Shown here piece by piece: positions 9,741 to 18,517 of a DNA stretch of 64,000 nt. The number at the start of each line of letters is the position of its first letter. Within the stretch, counting starts at the first letter, position 1. The notes under the pieces are model-generated. The model was given only the letters and a program-made list of their open reading frames with translations, searched no databases and had not been told where the DNA came from. The position numbers and the translations under genes were made by a program. Source of the stretch: Dehalococcoidia bacterium (GTDB taxonomy: Bacteria > Chloroflexota > Dehalococcoidia > Lucifugimonadales > Australimonadaceae); assembly GCA_034422795.1 (NCBI GenBank), contig DAOUJK010000041.1, positions 17,455-81,454 on the forward strand, given 5' to 3'.

Positions 9741-10124
9741 CTACTGGTCCGGCGCCATCGTGCGTATGCCGTAGCGCCGGATGTACGCGTCCCGTGTGAC
9801 GAGGACGAGCCCCTCTGCCTGTGCCTGCGCAACGAGCATCCGGTCGAACGGGTCCCGGTGGTGCGGGGGCAGCATCGCCGCCTGCTCCGCGTGGAACAGG
9901 GACAGCGGGAGGGGGATAAACCCCGTACGTTCTACGATTCCTGTCAGCCCGTACGGGGCTGGCAGCGTCCCCTTCTCCCGCTTAACGGCGAGTTCCCAGA
10001 TGCTGACTGCGCTGACGAATACCTCATTCTCGCGGGAGGCGATGGCTTCTCGCGCAATCATTCCCAATCGTGGGAGGTCGCTCAAAGCCCAGAGCAGCGT
10101 ATGCGAATCGAGGAGTAGTCTCAT
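9741..10124 (-). CDS. vapC: PIN-domain toxin, VapC family
   Basis: MRLLLDSHTLLWAL...DPFDRMLVAQA... is the typical PIN signature. 4-nt overlap with the upstream antitoxin. Confidence 0.85.
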   Translation of the reverse strand: MRLLLDSHTLLWALSDLPRLGMIAREAIASRENEVFVSAVSIWELAVKREKGTLPAPYGLTGIVERTGFIPLPLSLFHAEQAAMLPPHHRDPFDRMLVAQAQAEGLVLVTRDAYIRRYGIRTMAPDQ

Positions 10125-10387
10125 TGGAGGAGAGGGTCGTCAGGATTGTCGGTGTAGAACAGTTCATTGATTTCCTCGTCGGTCCACTCGAGCAGGTCCC
10201 AGTTCGGCTCGGGCCAGCCCTGCTCCTTCAGGATGCCTGGTTTGCGTGGCTCGCGCTGCTTTTCCTGGTAGGGGAGCAGTTCCAGGTACGGCTTTCCGGC
10301 CCTGGCGATGATGACGCGCTCGCCCTGGCAGGCGAGTTCGCCGAGGCGCGAGAGTTGGGACTTCGCTTCATGCATGTTGACCTGCAT
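10121..10387 (-). CDS. Phd/YefM-type antitoxin (cognate to the adjacent VapC)
   Basis: MQVNMHEAKSQLSRLGELACQGERVIIARAGKPYLELLP matches the prevent-host-death family N-terminus. Confidence 0.8.
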   Translation of the reverse strand: MQVNMHEAKSQLSRLGELACQGERVIIARAGKPYLELLPYQEKQREPRKPGILKEQGWPEPNWDLLEWTDEEINELFYTDNPDDPLLQ

Positions 10388-10389
10388 CG

Positions 10390-10671
10390 CTACGCTCCGG
10401 ACGTCCGCTGCTCGTCTGCTGGTTCATCGTCCCAGGGAGGTCCGATGAAGTCCTCGCCGAACATCTCGACCAGCTCTTGGTAGGTGAACTTGACGTATTC
10501 CCCGAACTGCCCTTCGTACCCCCCCAACCGGCGCGGCTCCCGCTGCTCCTTGTACGGCATCAGTTCCAGGTACGGCTTGCCGGCCCTGGCGATGATGATG
10601 CGCTCGCCCTGGCAGGCGAGTTCGCCGAGGCGCGAGAGCTGGGACTTGGCTTCATGCATGTTGACCTGCAT
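10390..10671 (-). CDS. Second Phd/YefM-type antitoxin paralogue with no toxin of its own
   Basis: First 37 codons are near-identical to the 10121-10387 gene (111-nt repeat, 4 mismatches). The C-terminal half is unrelated. Confidence 0.7.
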   Translation of the reverse strand: MQVNMHEAKSQLSRLGELACQGERIIIARAGKPYLELMPYKEQREPRRLGGYEGQFGEYVKFTYQELVEMFGEDFIGPPWDDEPADEQRTSGA

Positions 10672-10749
10672 GCCGAACGCTCCTTGGTCGGACTAAGCTT
10701 AGCTAATCACGTCGAGGCTCTGCCGTCAAGTGGAGACCGGTTGAAGACG

Positions 10750-11229
10750 CTAGCCTGCGCTGCCGTAGCGCCCTTCGTGGAACAGGAGCGCGCCGCCCTC
10801 CCTGACCTCCGTGTGCTCCACCGCGGCGACGAACAGCGTGTGGTCGCCCGCCTCGACCTGTTGCTCGATGCGGCACACCATGCTGACGAGCGCATCGTCC
10901 AGCAGCGCGACGCCGCTCTCGTGCGTCGTGTGCGCCTCGGGCAGTGTTTGGCGTTCCTTGGGCGCGGCGCGCGCGTAGAAGTCCGCTATGTCGGCTTGGT
11001 CGCCCCGGAGGAAGTTCACCCCGAAGCACCCCTCGCGGCGGAGGTAGTCGCACGTGTTCCCGCCCGTCGCGACGCTCAGCAGCAGCAGCGGCGGGTCGAG
11101 CGACACGGAGAGGAGCGCGTTCGCGGTCGTGGCGTAGGGCGCGCCGTCCGGCGAACGCGTGGTGACGATGCTCACGCCGGTGGGGAACCTGCGCCATGCC
11201 TGTCTGTAGAGGGTGGGGTCGGCTGTCAT
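10750..11229 (-). CDS. Flavin reductase-like FMN-binding protein
   Basis: FPTGVSIVTTRSPDGAPYATTANALLSVSLDPPLLLLSV is typical of the flavin_reduct domain. Start taken at the internal ATG at 11229. Confidence 0.8.
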   Translation of the reverse strand: MTADPTLYRQAWRRFPTGVSIVTTRSPDGAPYATTANALLSVSLDPPLLLLSVATGGNTCDYLRREGCFGVNFLRGDQADIADFYARAAPKERQTLPEAHTTHESGVALLDDALVSMVCRIEQQVEAGDHTLFVAAVEHTEVREGGALLFHEGRYGSAG

Positions 11230-11283
11230 CGGCGTGTAGGATAGAGCATCGGCGCGGCTTGCGCAGGGCGGGGGCAGGGAGCG

Positions 11284-11568
11284 ATGAATGAGCAGCAGTT
11301 GATGCGGACCCTGAACTCGGTGGGCATGAGGTGCCTTGTCACGTACTTCAGGCAGTTCTGCGACCTGTCGCTCTCGAACGACGACGTTGCGGCCCAGATC
11401 CAGGAGGCGGAACACTATGCCGCTACAGCCTGCCGGACTCGGGTGCGCGGCGCCAGGCGCATCATCAACGCGGGACGCGGCCGCGATGCGCTGACCATCA
11501 TCGCCAACTCGAAGGCGGACGTCCAGACCCGGCAGGAAGCGACGAGGCTCCTGACTTCTCGGGGTTAG
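11284..11568 (+). CDS. Hypothetical small protein (94 aa)
   Basis: ORF with GGGAG before the ATG and non-repetitive composition. No family recognised. Confidence 0.4.
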   Translation: MNEQQLMRTLNSVGMRCLVTYFRQFCDLSLSNDDVAAQIQEAEHYAATACRTRVRGARRIINAGRGRDALTIIANSKADVQTRQEATRLLTSRG

Positions 11569-11580
11569 TGGGTAAGCCTG

Positions 11581-12444
11581 CTAACTCGCCGTGACTGCCG
11601 CCTTGACCCCCAGCCACTCCGGCACGACCCGGAAGAGGTCGTCCTCCTTGTTGTGCCAGCCGTGGTCGCCGCCCTCCAGGTGCACCCACGTCACGTTCTC
11701 CCGCCCCTCGCAGAGCGCGGCCATGTCGCGGCCCGCGTCGCGCATCCGGGGGTGTTGCTCCTCGGTGCCGGTGAGGATGAGCAGCGGGCACTCGATCTCG
11801 TTCGTGTGTGCCTTCGTGATGTCGTAGTGCTCGGAGCAGTGGCGGTCGAGGTAGACGTCGGCGGAGAAGTACGCGCCGGGGTTGGGGAAGTCCACGAACA
11901 TGATCTCGTCGCCGCGTCCGGCGGCAACGAGCGCCTTCGCGTTCTCGTAGTTCCGCAGGTGCTCCTCGCCCATCTCGCAGGCCGAGTAGTAGGCGTGGGA
12001 GAAGCGCAGCGGCGCGAGCGATATGACCGCCGCGACGTTCGGGTCCTGGTTCTTCGCCTGCGCGAGCACGACGCGCACCGCGCCGAGGCTGCTGCCCCAG
12101 ATGCCCACGCGGCTGTAGCCGCGTTCCCCCATGAACGCCACCGTCGCCTGCAGGTCCAGGTGGGTCTCGGAGAGCATCTCGTAGGCGTTGCCGGTGCGCA
12201 CCTTGCCCGCGCGACCGCCCACCACGTCGTGGCCGCGCGTGTTGAACAGTGCGGTGGGGATGCCCATGTCGCGCAGTTTCGCGGCGCGCGGGTTGGAGGG
12301 CGAGAGGTAGAAGTTGCCGGCGGAGCCGTGCACCATCACCATCGCGTCCACGAGCAGGTCCGCGCGGGGCAGCTCCGGCTCCAGCAGGATGCCGCTCAGG
12401 GTAACGTCATCGCTCGTCTTGGTGTGCACCAGGTCTACAAGCAT
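11581..12444 (-). CDS. Alpha/beta-fold hydrolase
   Basis: GIWGSSLGA nucleophile elbow (GxSxG). C-terminal LEGGDHGWH. GGAGG before the ATG at 12444. The longer ORF-track frame upstream overlaps amt and is not credible. Confidence 0.75.
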   Translation of the reverse strand: MLVDLVHTKTSDDVTLSGILLEPELPRADLLVDAMVMVHGSAGNFYLSPSNPRAAKLRDMGIPTALFNTRGHDVVGGRAGKVRTGNAYEMLSETHLDLQATVAFMGERGYSRVGIWGSSLGAVRVVLAQAKNQDPNVAAVISLAPLRFSHAYYSACEMGEEHLRNYENAKALVAAGRGDEIMFVDFPNPGAYFSADVYLDRHCSEHYDITKAHTNEIECPLLILTGTEEQHPRMRDAGRDMAALCEGRENVTWVHLEGGDHGWHNKEDDLFRVVPEWLGVKAAVTAS

Positions 12445-12509
12445 GGTCGCGCCTCCGGGATCGGGTTGCTGCCGGTAGTATAAGTCCTCTGCGCTCTCGC
12501 GCCACGGCG

Positions 12510-13898
12510 TCAGTCCTCGTCGAGCGGCTCCGGCATCAGCACGAACTCCGGGTACGCCTCGATCCCCAGTTCTCCGACGTCCTGACCCATCCGCTCGATG
12601 TTGGAGGACACCCGCGCGCCCAGCGTCGCCTTGAACCCCTGCCAGAGCAACCAGGAGACGGGAAAGACGAACGCGCCGACCGCCAGCACGCCGATCAGCT
12701 GCACGTGGAACTGCGCTCCCGCGGCGATGGAGGCGGCGAGCGTACCCCAGATCCCGGCGAACAGGTGCGCGGGCACCGCGCCGACGACGTCGTCCAGCTT
12801 CACTGTCTCCAGCAGCTTCAGCCCGGCGACAACGATCAGTCCGCCGATCGCCCCGATGATGATCGCCCAGTAGTGGTCGACGATATCGGGTCCGGCGGTG
12901 ATGGAGACGAGTCCGGCGATGGCGCCGTTCAACGCCGCGAAGAGGTCTATGCGTCCGAGTATCCAGCGCGAGACCAGTATGGCCGTGATCACGCCCGCGG
13001 CGGCAGCGAGGTTCGTGTTCACGATCACGATGCTCATCGCCACCGCGTCCACGGCGCTCGCCAGCGCGAGTTGAGAACCTCCGTTGAACCCGAACCAGCC
13101 GAGCCAGAGGATGAACACGCCCAGCGTCACCGCGATGGTGTTGGAGGGCGGCGTCGGTCTCGCCTTGCCGTCGCGCCCGAACTTCCCGAGCCTCGGCCCC
13201 ACGACGAGGATGCCCGCCAGCGCAGCCCAGCCGCCCGTGCTGTGCACGATGGTCGAGCCTGCGAAGTCCTGGAATCCCATCTCGTAAAGCCATCCTTCGC
13301 CCCACGTCCATGCGCCGACAACGGGGTAGATGAACCCCGTCAGCAGGAGCGTGAAGATGAAGAACGACCACATCTTCACCCGCTCTGCCAGGGCGCCCGA
13401 CACGATGGAGGCAGCGGTCGCCACGAACACCATCTGGAAGAACCAGTCCGACATCACCGAGTGGTCGCTCTCTTCGACGACGGCAGCCGCGTCGCCGTCT
13501 CCGGCGAGCAACGCCACCTCGCTGGCCGACGGTCCGTAGAGCAGGTTGAAGGAGCCGATGAACCCTCCCACGATATCGACGTACATCAGGTTGTAGCCGA
13601 CGAAGAAGTAGGCCAGCCCGGCGATGGAGTAGAGGCCGATGTTCTTCATGCAGATCATGGAGGCGTTCTTGGTGCGGACCGAGCCGGCCTCCAGCATCGT
13701 GAACCCCGCGGCCATCCACATCACCAGCGCTCCCCAGACGAGGAACGCGAACGTGTTGAGGACGAACGCCGTCTCCGAGGCGACGTCCGCGGCTCGGGCA
13801 ACCGCGGGCTGGGCAACGAACAGCGCCAGCGCGAGAACGCCGGAAACGGCAAGGATGACGGGGGGACGACGATAGGACAGGATGCGCAGGACGGTCAT
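12510..13898 (-). CDS. amt: Ammonium transporter (Amt family)
   Basis: Multi-TM protein with AGFTMLEAGSVRTKN, TIVHSTGGWAALAG and FGFNGGS motifs. GGAGG before the ATG at 13898. Confidence 0.9.
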   Translation of the reverse strand: MTVLRILSYRRPPVILAVSGVLALALFVAQPAVARAADVASETAFVLNTFAFLVWGALVMWMAAGFTMLEAGSVRTKNASMICMKNIGLYSIAGLAYFFVGYNLMYVDIVGGFIGSFNLLYGPSASEVALLAGDGDAAAVVEESDHSVMSDWFFQMVFVATAASIVSGALAERVKMWSFFIFTLLLTGFIYPVVGAWTWGEGWLYEMGFQDFAGSTIVHSTGGWAALAGILVVGPRLGKFGRDGKARPTPPSNTIAVTLGVFILWLGWFGFNGGSQLALASAVDAVAMSIVIVNTNLAAAAGVITAILVSRWILGRIDLFAALNGAIAGLVSITAGPDIVDHYWAIIIGAIGGLIVVAGLKLLETVKLDDVVGAVPAHLFAGIWGTLAASIAAGAQFHVQLIGVLAVGAFVFPVSWLLWQGFKATLGARVSSNIERMGQDVGELGIEAYPEFVLMPEPLDED

Positions 13899-14009
13899 CG
13901 GCAGTAACCTCCGCTCTCCGGTTGGGCGGGAGCGTAGCGCATCCCTATCGCGCGCGACAACGTCGCGGATAGGCAGTTTCCCGCGGGGCGCTGCTATCAT
14001 GAACGTCCT

Positions 14010-15695
14010 ATGCTCGTCCGAGACCTCATCGCCGCACGCCTGCGCGACGCCGTCGGCGAGGCGCAACGCACCGGCGCGCTTCCCCCGTTCGACCTCCCGC
14101 AGGGGGGACTCGTGGAGCGTCCGCAGAAGGCCGACCACGGCGACTTCGCTTCTGGCCTGCCGCTGCGTGTCGCGAAAGCCGCGAAGCGCCCGCCGCTGGA
14201 GATAGCGCAGCTGCTCGCGGAGGCGCTCGCGCAGGGAGGAGATGGCGGTCCGCTCGGAGAGGTCTCCGCCGCGCCGCCCGGGTTCGTGAACTTCCGACTG
14301 AGCGACGACTGGCTCCGTGCCCAGGTGGAGGCCATCCGCGCCGCGGGCGACACGTTCGGCAACGTTGACGCGGGAGCGGGCCGGCGGGTGCAGATCGAGT
14401 TCGTCAGCGTCAACCCGACGGGGCCGGTGCACGTCGGCCACGCGCGCGGCGCTGTGCTCGGCAGCGGGCTCGCGCGGGCGCTCTCCGCTGCCGGGTTCGA
14501 CGTCACTCGCGAGTACTACGTCAACGACGCAGGCAACCAGATGGAGTTGTTCTACCGCTCCGTGTTTGCGCGGTACGCGGAGGCGCTCGGCAGGACGGAC
14601 GTGCCGCTGCCGGAGGACGGCTACCAGGGCGCCTACCTGGTCGACCTCGGCGAGGAGCTCGCGGGACGCCACGGGACTCGCTACCTGGAGATGGACGAGA
14701 CTGAGGCTATCGCCGAGCTCGGCGAGGAGGCCCTCAACCGGATGCTCGAGGTGATACGCGGCGACCTCGACCGCATCGGCGTCGGGTTCGACGTCTGGTT
14801 CCGCGAGCGCGACCTCTACGCCAACGGGCAGTACGAGGAGACGATGGCGCTCCTCCGCGAGCGCGGCTACACCGCCGTGCGCGACGGGGCGGAGTGGTTC
14901 ACCTCCACCGTGCTTGGCGACGAGAAGGACAACGTCATCGTGCGCAGCACCGGCGCGCCCACCTACTTCGCGTCCGACATCGCCTACCACCGCGACAAGT
15001 TCGGGCGGCGCGGCTTCGACCGCGTGATCGACATCTGGGGGGCCGACCACCAGGGCCACGTGCCGCGCATGAAGGCGGTGATGCAGGCGCTCGACCTCGA
15101 CCCGGACCGTCTCACCATCCTCATCGGCCAGCTCGTGACGCTGAAGCACGGCGGCGACATCGTCCGCGCATCCAAGCGCTCCGGCAACATCGTCACGCTC
15201 GGGGACCTCGTTGACGAGGTGGGCGCCGACGCCTGCCGCTACTTCTTCCTGGCGCGCGCCGCCGAGAGCCAGATGGAGTTCGACCTCGAGCTCGCGAAGA
15301 GGGAGTCGAGCGAGAACCCCGTCTACTACGTGCAGTACGCCCACGCGCGCATCGCGGGCATCCTGCGGCAGGCCGCCGAGCGCGGCGTCGTCTGGGACGA
15401 CGGCGACACCGCGCTGCTGACCGACCCTGCCGAACTCGCGCTCGTGCGGAAGATGCTGCAGATGCCGGAGATCGTCGACTCGATCGCCGTCACGCTCGCG
15501 CCGCACTCGCTGCCGCACTATGCGGTCGACCTGGCGACCGCCTTCCACTGGTTCTACGACCACTGCCGCGTGCTCTCGTCTGACCCGGCGGACGCTCCGC
15601 TCATGAAGGCGCGCCTCAAGTTGACCGAGGCCGCCCGCGTCGCACTCGCCCGCACGCTGACGCTGATGGGCATGAGCGCCCCTGAGACGATGTAG
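14010..15695 (+). CDS. argS: Arginine--tRNA ligase
   Basis: 561 aa. SVNPTGPVHVGHARG (HIGH-type motif), the DHQGH region and the C-terminal anticodon-binding domain ending ...M. Confidence 0.95.
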   Translation: MLVRDLIAARLRDAVGEAQRTGALPPFDLPQGGLVERPQKADHGDFASGLPLRVAKAAKRPPLEIAQLLAEALAQGGDGGPLGEVSAAPPGFVNFRLSDDWLRAQVEAIRAAGDTFGNVDAGAGRRVQIEFVSVNPTGPVHVGHARGAVLGSGLARALSAAGFDVTREYYVNDAGNQMELFYRSVFARYAEALGRTDVPLPEDGYQGAYLVDLGEELAGRHGTRYLEMDETEAIAELGEEALNRMLEVIRGDLDRIGVGFDVWFRERDLYANGQYEETMALLRERGYTAVRDGAEWFTSTVLGDEKDNVIVRSTGAPTYFASDIAYHRDKFGRRGFDRVIDIWGADHQGHVPRMKAVMQALDLDPDRLTILIGQLVTLKHGGDIVRASKRSGNIVTLGDLVDEVGADACRYFFLARAAESQMEFDLELAKRESSENPVYYVQYAHARIAGILRQAAERGVVWDDGDTALLTDPAELALVRKMLQMPEIVDSIAVTLAPHSLPHYAVDLATAFHWFYDHCRVLSSDPADAPLMKARLKLTEAARVALARTLTLMGMSAPETM

Positions 15696-15705
15696 GGCCG
15701 GACCG

Positions 15706-16887
15706 ATGCGGCGCGTCTGGGAGGTGCTGCTCACCGCCGGGTGGCTCGGCCTCACCTCGTTCGGCGGCCCCGTCGCGCACATCGGCTACTTCCGCGAGGC
15801 GTACGTCGTGCGTAAGCGCTGGTTGGACGAGGACACGTTCGCCGGGCTCGTCGCGCTCTGCCAGTTCCTGCCCGGACCGGCGAGCAGCCAGTTGGGGATC
15901 GCTATCGGCATCCGGCGCGCGGGGATGCTCGGCGGCTTCGCGGCATGGCTCGCCTTCACCCTGCCGTCCGCCGTTGCGCTCATCCTGTTCGCCTACGGCG
16001 TGCAGTCGCTCGGCGATCAGGCTGACGCGGGCTGGTTGCACGGGCTGAAGGTAGTGGCCGTGGCGGTAGTCGCGCTGGCGCTTTGGGGCATGGCCCGGAC
16101 GCTCGCCCCGGACAGGCCCCGCGTGACGATAGCGGCGCTCGCGGCCGTCGCGCTGCTGGCCGCGCCCGGTATCGCGGCGCAGCTCGCGGTCATCGCTGCC
16201 GGAGGCCTGCTGGGACTGCTCCTGCTGCGCCCCGATGCTCCCTCACCTGTGCAGGTGGACGGCCAGCGCGGGACCCCGTGGCTTGCCGTCGCTGCGCTGC
16301 TAGCGTTCTTTGCGCTGCTCATCGCACTGCCGGTCGCTGCGCGGCTCGTCGACTACGGAGCGCTCGCCGTTGCTGACAGCTTCTACCGCGCCGGGTCTCT
16401 CGTTTTCGGCGGGGGGCACGTCGTGTTGCCCTTGCTGGAGGCGGAGGTCGTTCCGCCGGGGTGGGTGACGAAGGACGAGTTCATTGCGGGGTACGGTGCG
16501 GCCCAGGCGGTGCCGGGACCGCTCTTCACTTTCGGGGGCTACCTCGGCGCGGCGATGGAGGTCGTCGCTCCGCGATGGCTGGGCGGCCTGCTGGCGCTGG
16601 GAGCGATCTTCCTGCCGTCGTTCTTCCTCGTGGTCGGGGTCCTGCCGTTCTGGGAGCGGCTGCGTGGGGTCGCGCGCGTGCGCCGGGCGCTGATGGGGGT
16701 CAACGCCGCCGTTGTGGGGCTCCTGCTCGCTGCGCTGTACGACCCGGTCTGGACGAGCGCGGTACGCGCGCTGGAGGACTTCGCCCTGGCCGTGGCCGCG
16801 TTCGCGCTGTTGGCGTTCTGGCGCGTGCCGCCGTGGGCGGTCGTCGCCCTGGCGGCTGGAGCGGGCGCGTTGCTCGCGGCGCTCTAG
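15706..16887 (+). CDS. chrA: Chromate transporter (CHR family)
   Basis: LGLTSFGGPVAHIGYFREAYV...FLPGPASSQLG, with a second CHR repeat (GGGHVVLPLL...AQAVPGPLFTF). Confidence 0.9.
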   Translation: MRRVWEVLLTAGWLGLTSFGGPVAHIGYFREAYVVRKRWLDEDTFAGLVALCQFLPGPASSQLGIAIGIRRAGMLGGFAAWLAFTLPSAVALILFAYGVQSLGDQADAGWLHGLKVVAVAVVALALWGMARTLAPDRPRVTIAALAAVALLAAPGIAAQLAVIAAGGLLGLLLLRPDAPSPVQVDGQRGTPWLAVAALLAFFALLIALPVAARLVDYGALAVADSFYRAGSLVFGGGHVVLPLLEAEVVPPGWVTKDEFIAGYGAAQAVPGPLFTFGGYLGAAMEVVAPRWLGGLLALGAIFLPSFFLVVGVLPFWERLRGVARVRRALMGVNAAVVGLLLAALYDPVWTSAVRALEDFALAVAAFALLAFWRVPPWAVVALAAGAGALLAAL

Positions 16888-16900
16888 CGCTAAGAGATGA

Positions 16901-17113
16901 CTACAGGGTTGGCTTGCTCTTGAACGCCTGACGGAAGGCCCTCTTGAACCGTGGACTGACCTTCTCCATCGTACGACCGAGGGATTCCTCCACTTCTCGG
17001 TGGATCTCCTCTCGTTGCTTCTTGGAGATTCGCGGAGGGGTAAGGTCAGGGTAGACGTCCTTCCGGCCCGCGTCAGCGTCCCTTGGTTGGGCTAGTGGAG
17101 TTGTTCGTGCCAT
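16901..17113 (-). CDS. Hypothetical small basic protein (70 aa), downstream of the island gene
   Basis: ORF on the same strand, 16 nt after the 17130 stop if started at the ATG at 17113. Lys/Arg/Glu-rich. Weak RBS. Confidence 0.3.
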   Translation of the reverse strand: MARTTPLAQPRDADAGRKDVYPDLTPPRISKKQREEIHREVEESLGRTMEKVSPRFKRAFRQAFKSKPTL

Positions 17114-17129
17114 TATGTCCGTACTGTCC

Positions 17130-18431
17130 CTATTGGCCTGTTTCAAACTGTTCCTTGCGCTTGACCCATTGGAAACCACCGCCCTTCGTTATAACGGCTA
17201 CATCTGTTGGCCCTCCAACAGATTCTTCCTCACGTGTCACTCGCCGTCTGAGAGAAGTGAGGCTCACCAGAGTCTCTGCCATCTCAGCGAGCCGTTCCCT
17301 AGGAAGATATTCTACCATGCTCATGATATCATCGTACAGTCTGTTCTTCCGTCTGTCTGTAAAGTCATCCACAACAGAATTTACAATAACCGAATGTTGA
17401 GCGAAGAGACCTTCCTGTAATGTGGCAAGGTTTGCCTGTTGATTTGAAACGCGTAGACCTTCAATGACAAGGCCGAGATACTTATCTAACGTCACACTGA
17501 GTAGCTCTTCGAAATAGGTATCGAATTCTGGATGTGTTCCCCAGAGAAACTGGTCAATCGTGTCTGTTTGTGCGAAGGGAAGTATTTGAACACGGGATTC
17601 ATAGGAGAGAGATTCTTTCCGGATTACCCTGTATATCAGCACACCTTGTACCAGCCCTTTGCATTGTAATTCAATTAGGCTAGGGAATATCTCATCTTGG
17701 CCGAATCCTGCGATGACTATGCCTGATCCGAAAGCATCCTCGTAAGCAATATCGTCGTGGAACCCACACACCGCTCTGATTGCGATAGAGTTCAAGCGAC
17801 GGACGAGGGTGGGAGTCAATCTTCTCTCGAACACTTCCTTACGAGCCAGACTCAGTTCTGCTCGAAGAGAACGACGCATCCTTTCTTCGAAGCCGACTGG
17901 TGCGTCCGAATGAATTCTCATCGATTTCGATTCGTCGTAGTACTCTGCAATAACTACACCGGTTACTCGTGCTAGGGTTTCTTCTTGGAACTGTGAGAAA
18001 CTCTTCCTACGTGCTTCTGCAGAATTTTTCCTGATTTCTTCTTGGAATCGGGCTTGAATTGTAGATTCTATGTCATTGAATAATTCATAGATCATAGACT
18101 CTAAGTCATGTTTCTCATGCTTTGAACTCACATATCGAGCGATATCTTCACGCAAGAACCTGCAGAAATCATCCGCGTATTCGGCGACGCTCCCGAAGTG
18201 ACTGTCCTTCGCTGACCTGCCATATTCCTTGATGATGGTCTCCCACGGAATATCGATGAAGGCAGCATCTCCGTAGGTCATGACACCGACCGGAGCACCA
18301 TCCGCCAACTGTAACAGTTTGTCATCTGACGTGAATATCTTGGAGGAACCATCAGCGTAGGTCAGGGTAGTAGCACTGTCTGCGGCTAGAGCGACCGCTT
18401 CGAGGTTCATGATGGCCACTTCTGCAGTCAT
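17130..18431 (-). CDS. Proteasome-beta/HslV-like N-terminal-nucleophile (Thr) hydrolase homologue with two large insertions (433 aa)
   Basis: M-TAEVAIMNLEAVALAADS...SSKIFT...GIVIAGFGQDEIFPSLIELQ...SVGGPTDVAVITKGGGF mirrors proteasome-beta motifs (Thr1, Asp17, Lys~33, C-terminal GGxxDVAVIT). Low-GC codon usage. Confidence 0.6.
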   Translation of the reverse strand: MTAEVAIMNLEAVALAADSATTLTYADGSSKIFTSDDKLLQLADGAPVGVMTYGDAAFIDIPWETIIKEYGRSAKDSHFGSVAEYADDFCRFLREDIARYVSSKHEKHDLESMIYELFNDIESTIQARFQEEIRKNSAEARRKSFSQFQEETLARVTGVVIAEYYDESKSMRIHSDAPVGFEERMRRSLRAELSLARKEVFERRLTPTLVRRLNSIAIRAVCGFHDDIAYEDAFGSGIVIAGFGQDEIFPSLIELQCKGLVQGVLIYRVIRKESLSYESRVQILPFAQTDTIDQFLWGTHPEFDTYFEELLSVTLDKYLGLVIEGLRVSNQQANLATLQEGLFAQHSVIVNSVVDDFTDRRKNRLYDDIMSMVEYLPRERLAEMAETLVSLTSLRRRVTREEESVGGPTDVAVITKGGGFQWVKRKEQFETGQ

Positions 18432-18517
18432 ACTTGCAAAACCCCATACATGCGCAAAGGCAAACTGTGTGAGGTGAGTCTGCCCTTCCTTGTGTGTTAG
18501 CCCCTGCTCCCCGCGCT

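Noticed and set aside
12510-15782. 1090-aa minus-strand ORF. Composite long ORFs of the same kind occur at 11581-13719, 17130-20048, 45785-47314 and 32715-34190.
   Set aside because: Only the 3' portions have protein-family signatures and an RBS-preceded internal ATG: amt from 13898, the hydrolase from 12444, the island gene from 18431, folD from 46684 and the amidohydrolase from 33165. The upstream extensions run antisense through argS, amt, Rieske-1, acpS and the DUF4349 gene.
16891-18512. Search for an integrase, transposase, terminal inverted repeats or a tRNA target that would make the low-GC islands classical IS elements or integrative elements (also done for 37663-40367).
   Set aside because: None was found by eye. 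Neither island is adjacent to a tRNA gene, and no DDE, tyrosine- or serine-recombinase motifs occur in any frame. They are therefore reported as recombinase-less insertions, not as a named element type.
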